A DNA stretch of 64,000 nt from NCBI RefSeq assembly GCF_963921235.1, contig NC_086100.1:201378001-201442000 (forward strand), written 5' to 3'. This document shows positions 14,701 to 26,700 of the stretch, piece by piece (the stretch's first letter is position 1; each line of letters opens with the position of its first letter). The stretch is from Mobula hypostoma (taxonomy: Eukaryota). Both the position numbers and the translations under genes were made by a program. The notes beneath the pieces were generated by a model. The model was not told the DNA's origin, ran no database searches, and was given only the letters and a program-made list of their open reading frames with translations.

Positions 14701-17700
14701 TCATATTTGACCTACGAAAATGAACCACTTCACACTTATCAGGGTTGAAATCTGTCACTTCTCAGCCCAGTTTTGCATCCTATCAATGTCCCACTATAAC
14801 CTCTGACAGCCCTCCGCACTATCCACAACACCTCCAACCTTTGTATCATCAGCAAACTTACTAACCCATCCCTCCACTCCCTCATCCAAGTCATTTATAA
14901 AAATCACAAAGAGTGAGGGTCCCAGAACAATTCCCTGAGGCACTCCACTGGTGACTGACCTCCATGCAGAATGTGACCCATGTCCTCTGGACTGTATAGT
15001 ATCCCTACAGAATATTGCAATCCCGTGTCCTCTCGATAGTATTCTATCACTACGGTATATTGCATTAGCACATTCGCCACATTGTATCCCTGCAGTATAT
15101 TGTATTCCCATGTTTACCAGACTGAATTCTATCCATACATTATATTGCATTCATATGTTTGTTGGACTATATTATATCCCTACAGTATATTGCATTCCCA
15201 TGTTTTCTGGAACGTATTGTATAGCTGTAGTATATTGCATTCTCATGTTCACCGGACCATATTGTATACCTGTAGTCATAGTTCCCTCTAAGCTGTGCGC
15301 GTGTGCGCACACATACACGTTTTTCAACCAGCGCACAAAGGAAATTAATGTGTGCACAAAAGGTTAGTTACCTAAAATAATGTAGTAGTTAATAATTATA
15401 CTTATTGAAAATAATCTTCTAGCTAACTGTTTCTGTTAACTAGTTAGTCAGTTTTTCAAATACCACAATGCACGTCACCTCACCCTTCCTGTTCCAGTTT
15501 GTACAGCTGCATCATGGAGGCAGCCGTGTTTGGGAGACAGTGTTCATATGGTAAAGTTTACAAAGATAGCTTACTAAGTTCTTATTGAAAAAATATTGAT
15601 TCACCATGTCGAATTCGAAAGAAGCGAAGGGCAGAAGCGCAAAAGAACTGCAAATTTGCTTAAAGTTGAATGGCTTAACAAAATAGTAGAAACTGCTACA
15701 CCGAAAGCTCATGAGGTCAAGAACATTGAGCTACGAGAAATGTTTCTGTATGATTCGGAAACTGGAGTTATCTGTTTGTGTTGTCGCGATGCGAAAGTTG
15801 CTGGAGAATTTGCTGGTGGAAAGAAGTGGGATGATATTTCGAAACTTGACTTTTTGAAGCATCATTTGGCAAGTAAATTGCATTTGGACGGTGTGCGAAA
15901 GCTCAGGCAACAGAACCCATCATTACCCGTTACAGGAGTGCTACGCATGTTACGGTTGAGTGCAGATGAGCAAGGGCGAAAGCGATCAAACCCAGAGGAG
16001 ATCAAAGCTGAGGTACAAGAATGGTCAGCCTTTGATTTCTCCACAATTGCAGGTTGTGACTTCACATTTGGCGATGAACAAATTAATGCCTTATGTCTAA
16101 AATATCATGATTTTCCAGCTGAAAATACTGTAATAGTTAGACAGTTTAATGATTTCAAATTTTCCATGCAAGAAAAAATTAAATCCGAACTGATTTCAAA
16201 CTTTGCTCAAGTGGTGGCACTTGTACTTCAAAATAAACAGTTTTGCGGCCTTGCACAGTTGATGGACGTTGGGGGAACCTTTCTTGCGTCTAGTGTGGAC
16301 TGTGAGCGAGGTTTTAGCTTAATGAATCAACTCAAAAACAAGCTGATAAACCGTTTAGGTGAATGTCATTTGAATATGTTAATGAGAATCAAAGGCTATC
16401 AATTGGATGGAAGTTCTATTAGTCTGGATAGAATTTACAAAGAATGGGTAAATGCCAAAGACAGGAGAGAGAAAAAATACACACATGACACATCAAAGTT
16501 GCTGGTGAACGCAGCAGGCCAGGCAGCATCTCTAGGAAGAGGTACAGTCGACGTTTCAGGCCGTGACCCTTCAGTCAATCCTGATGAAGGGTCTCGGCCT
16601 GAAACGTTGACTGTACCTCTTCCTAGAGATGCTGCCTGGCCTGCTGCGTTCACCAGCAACTTTGATGTGTGTTGCTTGAATTTCCAGCATCTGCAGAATT
16701 CCTGTTGTTTGAGAGAGAAAAAATAACTGAGTGACTTAAATATGTATGTTATTTTGTTGTTATTCTGTGCAGTTTTATGTCAAATATTTTGTAAACCTAC
16801 ATAAACTGTGCCATGTATGCATTCTGTTCACACATACTTTTCTCACAGGAAAAAAAATTTGCACAGCATAAGATTTTTGCGCACACTGACTGAAAATTAG
16901 AGGGAACATTGCCTGCGGTATATTGCATTCCTATGTTCGCTGGACCGTATTGTATATCATTGTAAAACATCATCCCAATCCACACCTGCAAGTTCTAGCC
17001 TTATAGCCTCATAATTTGCCCTTCCCCAATTAAAAATTTTCCTGTCCTCTCTGATTCTATCCTTTTCCATGATAATGCTAAAGGCCAGGGAGCAGTGGTC
17101 ACTGTCCCCCAGATGCGCACCCACTGACCTTCCGACCTATGTTCGTGACACTTCTCACGCTCTTAAACTTTTCGATGATTTTAAGTTCCCTGGCCCCCAC
17201 AGCTTTATTTTCACCATGGATGTCCAGTCCTTATATACTTCCATCCCCATCAGGAAGGTCTCAAAGCTCTACGCTTCTTTTTGGATTCCAGACCTAATCA
17301 GTTCCCCTCTACCACCACTCTGCTCCGTCTAGCGGAATTAGTCCTTACTCTTAATAATTTCTCCTTTGGCTCCTCCCATTTCCTCCAAACTAAAGGTGTA
17401 GCTATGGCACCTGTATGGGTCCTAGCTATGCCTGCCTTTTTGTTGGGTTTGTGGAACAATCTATGTTCCGTGCCTATTCTGGTATCTGTCCCCCACTTTT
17501 CCTTCGCTACATCGACGACTGCATTGGCGCTGCTTCCTGCACGCATACAGAACTCGTTGACTTTATTAACTTTGCCTCCAACTTTCACCCTGCCCTCAAG
17601 TTTACCTGGTCCATTTCCGACACCTCCCTCCCCTTTCTAGATCTTTCTGTCTCTGTCTCTGGAGACAGCTTATCCACTGATGTCTACTATAAGCCTACTG

Positions 17701-20700
17701 ACTCTCACAGCTATCTGGACTATTCCTCTTCTCACCCTGTCTCTTGCAAAAACGCCATCCCCTTCTCGCAATTCCTCCGTCTCCGCCGCATCTGCTCTCA
17801 GGATGAGGCTTTTCATTCTAGGACGAGGGAGATGTCTTCTTTTTTAAAGAAAGGGGCTTCCCTTCCTCCACTATCAACTCTGCTCTTAAAAGTATCTCCC
17901 CCATTTCACGTACATCTGCTCTCACTCCATCCTCCCACCACCCCACTAGGAATAGGGTTCCCCTGGTCCTCACCTACCACCCCACCAGCCTCCGGGTCCA
18001 ACATATTATTCTCCGTAACTTCCGCCACCTCCAACGGGATCCCACCACTAAGCACATCTTTCCCTCCCCCCCCTTCTCTCTGCATTCCGCAGGGATCGCT
18101 CCCTACACAACTCCCTTGTCCATTCGTCCCCCCCATCCCTCCCCACTGATCTCCCTCCTGGCACTTATCCGTGTAAGCGGAACAAGTGCTACACATGCCC
18201 TTACACTTCCTCCCTTACCACCATTCAGGGCCCCAAACAGTCCTTCCAGGTGAGGCATCACTTCACCTGTGAGTCGACTGGGGTGATATACTGCGTCCGG
18301 TGCTCCCGATGTGGCCTTGTATATATTGGCGAGACCAGACGCAGACTGGGAGACCGCTTTGCTGAACATCTACGCTCTGTCTGCCAGAGAAAGCAGGATC
18401 TCCCAGTGGCCACACATTTTAATTCCACATCCCATTCCCATTCTGACATGTCTGTCCACGGCCTCCTCTACTGTGGAGATGAAGCCACACTCAGGTTGGA
18501 GGAACAACACCTTATATTCCGTCTGGGTAGCCTCCAACCTGATGGCATGAACATTGACTTCTCTAACTTCCGCTAAGGCCCCACCTCCCCCTCGTACCCC
18601 ATCTGTTACTCATTTTTATGCACACATTCTTTCTCTCACTCTCCTTTTTCTCCCTCTGTCCCTCTGAATATACCTCTTGCCCATCCTCTGGGTCAACCCC
18701 CCCCCCTTTTCTTTCTTCCCGGACCTCCTGCCCATGATCCTCTCGTATCCCCTTTTGCCTATCACCTGTCCAGCTCTCGGCTCTATTCCTCCCCCTCCTG
18801 TCTTCTCCTATCATTTTGGATCTCCCCCTCCCCCTCCAACTTTCAAATCCCTTACTCACTCTTCCTTCAGTTAGTCCTGACGAAGGGTCTCGGCCTGAAA
18901 CGTCAACTGCACCTCTTCCTATAGATGCTGCTTGGCCTGCTGCGTTCACCAGCAACTTTGATGTATGTTGAGAGATATGTGACCTGACCCGAAACATCGG
19001 AACCCTGGAACATTGAGCTGCCAGTCCTGCCCCTCCTGCAACCAAGTTTCACTAATGACTATAATGTCGTAATTCCATGTGTCAATCCACGCCCTCAGCT
19101 CGTCAGCCTTCCTCACAACACTCCTTGCATTGAAATCGACACACCTCAGAAGTCTATTCCCACAACACACAACCCTTCTATTTGTGACTTTGCATGAACT
19201 TTTAACATCATTTATTTTCTCCCCCGCTCCACTATCTGCTCTGGCCATCCCATCCCCCTGCAAATCTAGTTTAAAAGTTATTGATGGTAACTCTGTTTCC
19301 CATTCCCAGGCTACTGCCTGATCGGTTGGTTGTTGACAGTAACACTGTTTCCCTTTCCCCAGCTGGTACCTGATCTGCTGGTTGTTGGTGGTAACTCTCT
19401 CTCTTTCCCCGGTTGCTGCCTGATCTGCTGCTTGTTGGCTGCGGTTTTTATATTTAATGAAATAGAACAGATTTTTCTGATCATGTGTGCATCAATACTC
19501 ATCTATCAAAGTGGACATCAAAAGAGAGATTTCATTTGGAAAAATGCAATGAAACAGAAAGTATGTTGTCTCTACATTAATTTGTTCCTGTTATGGACTG
19601 AGTAAATATTGTCTAATTTTAAATTTTATTTTTCAGTTAAAACGGTCCCTTGGTTCAGAAATGAAATATTTGGAATTGGTACTTGTGGCAGACAAAGTGG
19701 AGGTGAGTGATATATAAAAATATGACATTGTCAACATCTTTCATCACCATAAAGTCTTTCCATGTGCTTTATAACGAATTACTTTTAAACAGTATTACTG
19801 TTGCAGTGAGAACTGAAACCAAATTGTATACATGGAATGAAAACTTCACAAAAAGGCCTTGGAAGGTTGCCTGCTTGAACTTGCCAGTACTTGGTGTTGT
19901 TATTCGGATATGGTAAAGTCCCATTGCATCAGAATCACAGAAAGATTGGAGCACAGAAATAAACATTAGATATTTCACTTGTGCTGCCAATCCTGTTAGA
20001 TAAGACCATAAGATATAGAAGCAAAAGTAGGCCATTTGGCCCATCGAATCTGCTCTGACATTCAATCATGGGCTGATCTAATTCTTACAGTCATTCCCAC
20101 TCCCCTGCTTTCACCCCATACCCTTTGATGCCCTGGCTAATCAAGAACCTATCTACCCCTGTGTTAAATACACCCAATGACTTGGCCTCCACAGTCACTT
20201 GTGGCAAGGTTTCACAGATTTATTACCCTCTGACTAAAATAATTACTCCGCATCTCTGTTCTGAATGGTCATCCTTCAGTCCTAAAGTCGTGCCCTCTTG
20301 TCGTAGAAAACCCCTACCATGGGAAATAACTTTGACATATTCTATCTGTTCAGGCCTTTTAACATTCAGAATGTTTCTGTGAGATTCCCCCCTGATTCTC
20401 CTGAACTCCACGGAATACAGCCCAAGGGCTGTCAGATGTTCCACATACACTAACTCTTTCATTCCTGGAATCATTCTCATGAATCTTCTCTGATCCCTCT
20501 CCAGTGTCAGTATATCCTTTCTAAAATAAAAAGCCAAAAACTGCGTGCAGTACTCCCAAGTGTGCTCTTACGAGTGCCTTCCAGAGCCTCTACATCACAT
20601 CCCTGCTCTTATATTCTATACCTCGAGAAATGAATGCCAACATTACATTCACCTTCTTCACCACCGACTCAACCTGGAGGTTAACCTTTAGGGTATCCTA

Positions 20701-23700
20701 CACAAGGACTCCCAAGTCCCTTTGCATCTCCGCATTTTGAATTTGCTCCCTATCTAAATAGTAGTCTGCTCGTTTATTTTTTCCACCAAAGTACATGACC
20801 ATACACTTTCCAACATTGTATTTCATTTGCCACTTCTTTGCCCATTTCCCCTAAACTATCTAAGTCTCTCTGCAGGCTGTCTGTTTCCTCAACACTACCA
20901 GCTCATCCACTTATCTTTGCATCATCAGCAAATTTAGCCACAAATCCATTAATACTGTAGTCCAAATCATTGAGATACATTGTAAAAAGCAGCGGTCCCA
21001 ACACCGGCCCCTGTGGAACTCCACTGGTAACCGGCAGCCAGACAGAATTAGATCCTTTTATTCCCACTCTCTGTTTCCTGATGGCCATCCAATTCTCCAC
21101 CCATGCTAGTAACTTTCCTGTAATTCCATGGGCTCTTATCTTGCTAAGCAGCCTCATGTGTCAAAGGCCTTCTGAAAATCCAAGCACACCATGTCTACAG
21201 CATCTCCTTTGTCTACCCTGCTTGTATTTCCTCAAAGAATTGCAGTAGGTTTGTCAGGCAGGACCTTCCTTTCAGGAAACTATGCTGGCTTTGGCCTATC
21301 TTGTCATATGCCTCCAGGTACTTCATAATCTCTTCCCTTGCAATCAATTCCAACAACGTCCCAACCACTGATATCAGGCTAACAAGTCTATAGTTTCCTT
21401 TCTGCTGCCTCTCACCCTTTTTAAAAGGCAGTATAACATTTGCAATTTTTCAGTCATCTGGTACAATGCCAGAATCTATCGATTCTTGAAAGATAATTGT
21501 TAATGCCTCCGCAATCTCTCCAGCTACTTCCTTCTGAACCCCAGTGTGCATTCCATCAGGTCCAGGAGATTTATCCACCCTCAGATCATTAAGCTTCCAA
21601 AGCACATTCTCAGTCATAATTTTCATTGCAGAAACTTCATTTCCCTGACACTCTTAAATGTCCAGTATACTGCAGACGTCTTCCACTATGAAGACTGATG
21701 CAAAATACACATTCAGTTCCTCTGCCATCTTTGCATCTCTCATTACAATATCTCCAGTGTCATTTTCTATTGGTCCTATATCTACCCTCGACTCTCTTTT
21801 ACCCTTTATATACTTAAAAAAGCTTTTAGTATCTTCTTTGATATTAGTTCCCAGCTTCCTCTCATAATTCATCTTTTCCTTCCGAATGACCTTCTTAGTA
21901 TCCTTCTGCAAGTTTTCAAAAGCTCCCCAATCCTCTATCTTCCCACTAGCTTTGGCTTCCTTGTATGCCCTCTCTTTTGCTTTTACTTTGGCTCTGACTA
22001 TACCATACAGGTTGAGTCAGAGGTGAAGAAGGCGAATGCAATGTTGGCATTCATTTCTAGAGGAATGGAGTATAGGAGCAGGGATATGATGTTGAGGCTC
22101 TATAAGGCACTGGTAAGACCTCATTTGCAGTATTGTGTGCAGTTTTCTGCTCCTTATTTAAGAAAGGATGTGCCGACGTTGCAGAAGGTTCAAAAAAGAT
22201 TCACTAGAATGATTCCGGAAATGAGAGAGTTAACATATGAGGAATGTTTGTCCGCTCTTGGACTGTATTCCTTGGAGTTTAGAAGAATGAGGGGGGACCT
22301 CAGAAATATTTCTAATGTTGAAAGGCATGGACAGAGTGGATGTGGCAAAGTTGTTTCCCGTGGTGGGGGAGTCTAGTACAAGAGGGCATGACTTGAGGAT
22401 TGAAGGGCTCCCATTCAGAACAGAGATGCGAATAAATTTTTTCAGCCAGATGGTGGTGAATCTGTGGAATTTGTTGCCACGGGTGGCAGTGGAGGTCAAG
22501 TCATTGGGTGTATTTAAATCAGAGATTGATAGGTATCTGAGTAGCCAGGACATCAAAGGTTATGGTGAGAAGGTGGGGGAGTGGGACTAAATGGGAGATT
22601 GGATCAGCACATGATAGAATGGTGGAGCAGACTCGATGGGCCGAATGGCCGACTTCTGCTCCTTTGTCTTATGGATTTCACTTGTCAGCCACGGTAGTGT
22701 CCTTCTTCCCTTTAAAAAATTCTTTTTATTTTGAATATATCTGTCTTGCACTTCCCTCATTTTTCACGGAAACTCCAGTCATTGCTGCTCTGCTGTCCTT
22801 CCTGAAAATGTGCCTTTCCAATCAACTTCGGCCAGTTCCCCTCTCATTCCATTGTAGTTTCCATTATTCCATTGAAATACCGGCACAGCCAAGAAGTGCC
22901 AAAAGGCCTGTTTCTGTGCTGTAGTTTCTATGGTTTCTATGTGGGATTAGGCAGAAAATGGTTCGGCACAGCCAAGAAGGGCCAAAAGGCCTGTTTCTGT
23001 GCTGTAGTTTCTATGGTTTCTATGGTACATTGGATTTTATTTTCTCCCTCTCAAATTTCAGAGTGAACTCAATCATATTGTGATCACTGTTCCCTCAGGG
23101 TTCCTTAACCTTAAGCTCTTTTTATCACCTCCGGATCATTGCACAACACCCAATCCAGCACAACTGATCCCCTAGTGGGCTCAACAACAAGCTGTTCTTA
23201 AAATGCCATCCCTTAGACATTCTACAAATTCTCTCTTGAGGTCCAGTACGGACCTGGTTTTCCCAATCCACTTTCATGTTAAAATCCCCAATGATTATCA
23301 TGACATCGCCCTTCTGACACACCTTTTCTATCTCTTGCTGTAATTTGTTGTCCGCATTCCGGCTGCTGTTTGGAGGCATGTAGACAACTGCCATTATGGT
23401 CCATTTACCCTTGCCATTTCTTAACTCAACCCATAGAGACTCTACACCTTCCAATCCTATGTCATCTCTTTCCAATGATTTAATATTATTTCTGATACAC
23501 AGAGCCACACTACCCCCTCTGACTACTAACCTATCATTCCGATACACTGTACAATATATCCTTGGACATTCAGCTCCCAATGGCAGCCATTCTTTAGCCA
23601 AGTTTCAGAGATGGCCACAATGTCATACTTGCCAATCTGTAGCTGAATTTCAAGATCATCCATTTTATTCCTTATGTGTGTCCATTCAAATAAAACATTC

Positions 23701-26700
23701 TCAGTCCAGTATTTGTTGCTTTCTGTTATAACTGCACCATACCTCTATTGCCCTGTAACTCATGCCACTGACTTTAATTAAGCCTCATCTCCTGCCTGTT
23801 CTTTCTATAATCTCTGTTGTACGCTATCTTTGATTTATTTCTGTTTTCATTTATTTCTGATTTATCCCCTCTCCTCATAAAGCTGTAGTTTTTTATCCAC
23901 TTCAAGTATGCTAGTTGCCAAAGAAATCAATTTTAATGATGTTGTTTGGGATGTGGACATAGCTTGGTATAACAAGAAAACTCCCCAACACTTAAAGTAG
24001 TGTTGTAGGTATGCTTACAGAAGAGAGCTGTCCTCAGTTTAAGATAAGGAGGAAGACTACAGAATGGAGTAGACAGTGTCAGAAAAGGTGAAGCAAGGAA
24101 GTTGAGAATGGAATGAAATCACCTGTATTGCAGCTATGTAAAACTTTGAATTGGCTACATGCACTCTGGTGTGGTTCTGGTTTTCATATTCCAGGAAGCA
24201 TGTGGATGTTCTGGAAAGGGTACAGAAGAGGTTTATCAGGATGCTGCCAGGATTACAGCATATGAGCTATCAGGAGAGGTTGGACAAATGTGGGTTGTTA
24301 TTTTGAACTGTTGAAAGTTGATGGGAAATCATGAGAGGCATGGGTAGACAGCCAGTGGCAAGAGGAAACTCTGAGGGATAAGATATACAAGCATTTAGAA
24401 AGGAGTTCATGCAGGATAGTCAATGTGGTTGTGTGCATCATAGATCAAGTTTCACCAACTTGAGTGTTTTTGAAGAAGTAACCAAGAAGGTCAGTGAGGA
24501 TGGGGTGGTAGATGTGGTCAGTCTGGTAGGTTCTGCATAACAGGCTGCTAGGGGCTCCAGTGGGAACTAGTGGATTGGATACACAATTGGTCACTTAAGC
24601 TACATCTGGTCTTACCAATATCGAGCACTGGACAAAATAACTGACATCCCCAAATTTGCATGTGATGGACTGATTCACTGTGAAGGGGTGTGTTGGACCC
24701 TGGAGGGCAGTGAGGGAGGAGTGCAGAGACAGTGTCCCAGGTTTTGTGGTTACAAGGGAGAGTGTCTGGGTAGGGAGGGGAATAAGTAGGCAGAGATTAG
24801 CTGAAAAAGGAATCACAAAAAGGGTGATCCTGCGGAAAGTGAAGAGGGGTAGGTCTGCTTAGTGGAGGGATCCTGTTGAAGATGGCAAAAGTTGTGAAGA
24901 ATATGTACATCACCATTTCTGTTCTGAGGGCTGGTGAGGTGGTAGGTAAGGACTAGTGTTACTCTATTTCTGTTCTGTGGGGTTTTGAGGTGGTAGGTAA
25001 GGACTAGTGTTACACTATTTTTGTACTGAGGGCTTGTAAGTTCGTAGGTGAGGAACAGTGTGACACCTTTTCTGTTCTGAGGGCTGGGGAGGTAGTTGGT
25101 GAAGACTAATCTTACACTATTTCTGTTATGAGAGCTGGTGAGGTCGTGGTTTAGGTCTTGTGTTACACCATCTCTGTCCTGATGGCTGAAGAGATGGTCG
25201 GTGAGGGTTGGTATTACACTATATGTACACTATTTCTGTTCTGAGGGTTGGTGAGGACTAGTGTTACACCATTTCTGTTTTGAGTGATGGTGAGGTGGTA
25301 GGTGAGGACTAGAGTTACTCTATTTCTGTTCTGTGGGCTGGTGTGTTGGTAGGTGACAACCAGTGTTACACCATTTCTGTTCTGACGGCTGGTGATGTAG
25401 TCAGTGAGGATGAGGATTATGCTATTTCAGTTATGAGGGCTTGTGTGGTGTAAGTGAGGAGTGTTACATGTTAATGTTGCTTGGATTAACTGTAAGCGTC
25501 ATTTAGGTGCGCCTGGATGAGGTGTGGGGAATGATGTCATATAACAAACGAGTGTAGGCTTTTTCTATTGAATTCGGGAGGTCTCTAAAAATTTCTGCAG
25601 CTAAGCAATGCAACGGACTGTGAGTTACCAGTGAGAGAGTGAAATGAGTTGAGTTAGTTGAAGATTTCACTACAGCAGTGGGCGTTCCCAGTATTTCTCC
25701 GTGTCCAGAAGATTGTGATAATTCGTGGCACACAGTGCATATTGGATACGTGACTGTCACTTTGTATGATCCATACTCAGATTTCTGGAGTACTCTGTGG
25801 CGACCACTTTTTGTTAATCCATACATGGATTCAGGTGTGTTACGTGGCGACAACTTGTGTTGAGGAATATTCCGTGACCGTCACCTTGTGATATCCCTAC
25901 GTGGATTTTGGAACTTAGGCATCACTTTGTTATCCCTGCATGGACTCTAGTATTTAAGTGACGACCACTCGACTTCTGGAATCTTCTGTGACTGTCACCT
26001 CGTTATCCCTGTGTGGATCCAGTGTGTTATATGACGATCACTTGTCCTCTGGAATTTTCCGTGATCGTCACCTTGTGTCATCTTAATGTGGACTTATGAA
26101 CCCTTCCTCACAGATCTGTTTCCATGGATTCCGGAACCTTCTGGATTGCCATCCTAGGACTCTGTTTGAGTAAGACTTGGGAGGAACTGTTTCCAGGTCT
26201 CCACAGTTTGTGAGCTCAGATGCATTGCACTGTTAATTTTTGGTTAGCGGAGCAATTGTTTGCTGCCTGGCCTGCTGCGTTCACCAGCAACTTTGATGTG
26301 TGTTGCTTGAATTTCCAGCATCTGCAGAACTCCTTGTGGTTACAATTGTTTTAATTGTCTATATTTTGAGTAGGTATTGAAAATATATTTGTTTAACATT
26401 AAAATCTGCGTCTGTAGTCTAGCACGTAACGGGAGTAGTGTTAGACCATTTCTGTTCCAAGGTTGGTGAAGTGGTAGGTAAGGTCTGGTGTTAGACTATT
26501 TCTATTCCAAGGGCTGATGAGGTGGTCGGTAAGAACTAGTGTTCCACTATTTCTATTCTGAGGGCTTGTGAGGTGGTCGGTGAGGACTGTTGTTTAACTA
26601 TTTTTGTTCTGAGGGCTGGTGAGCTGTATCTAAGGTCTCGTGTTACACTATTTCTCTTCTGAGGTTGGTGAAGTTGTAGGTGAGGACTACTGTGACACTA

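Larger units (their letters stand above)
15277..16911 (+). mobile_element. hAT DNA transposon, internally deleted (non-autonomous)
   Basis: TIRs catagttccctctaa / ttagagggaacattg; 8-bp TSD cctgtagt (15269-15276) / cctgcggt (16912-16919). Confidence 0.88.
9850..16960. repeat. 45-bp satellite (atattgcattcccatgttcgccggaccgtattgtatccctacagt), preserved in blocks about 9850-11271, 13256-13955, 14980-15276 and 16912-16960
   Basis: Period 45 (e.g. 10576 to 10621); diverged copies; the array is interrupted by several TEs. Confidence 0.92.
16964..19272 (-). mobile_element. CR1 endonuclease-region fragments flanking the Penelope insertion (16964-17127 and about 18970-19272)
   Basis: 16964-17127 matches 3661-3826; CR1 sequence resumes at gagagatatgtgacctgacc; FNARSV..DEL..SETWL endonuclease motif. 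Confidence 0.75.

Noticed and set aside
16480..16710. Interpretation of the hairpins as DNA-transposon MITEs or pre-miRNAs
   Set aside because: Arms match the PLE tail, the elements are asymmetric with an extra 3' tail, and TSD lengths vary (9-15 bp), unlike cut-and-paste elements.
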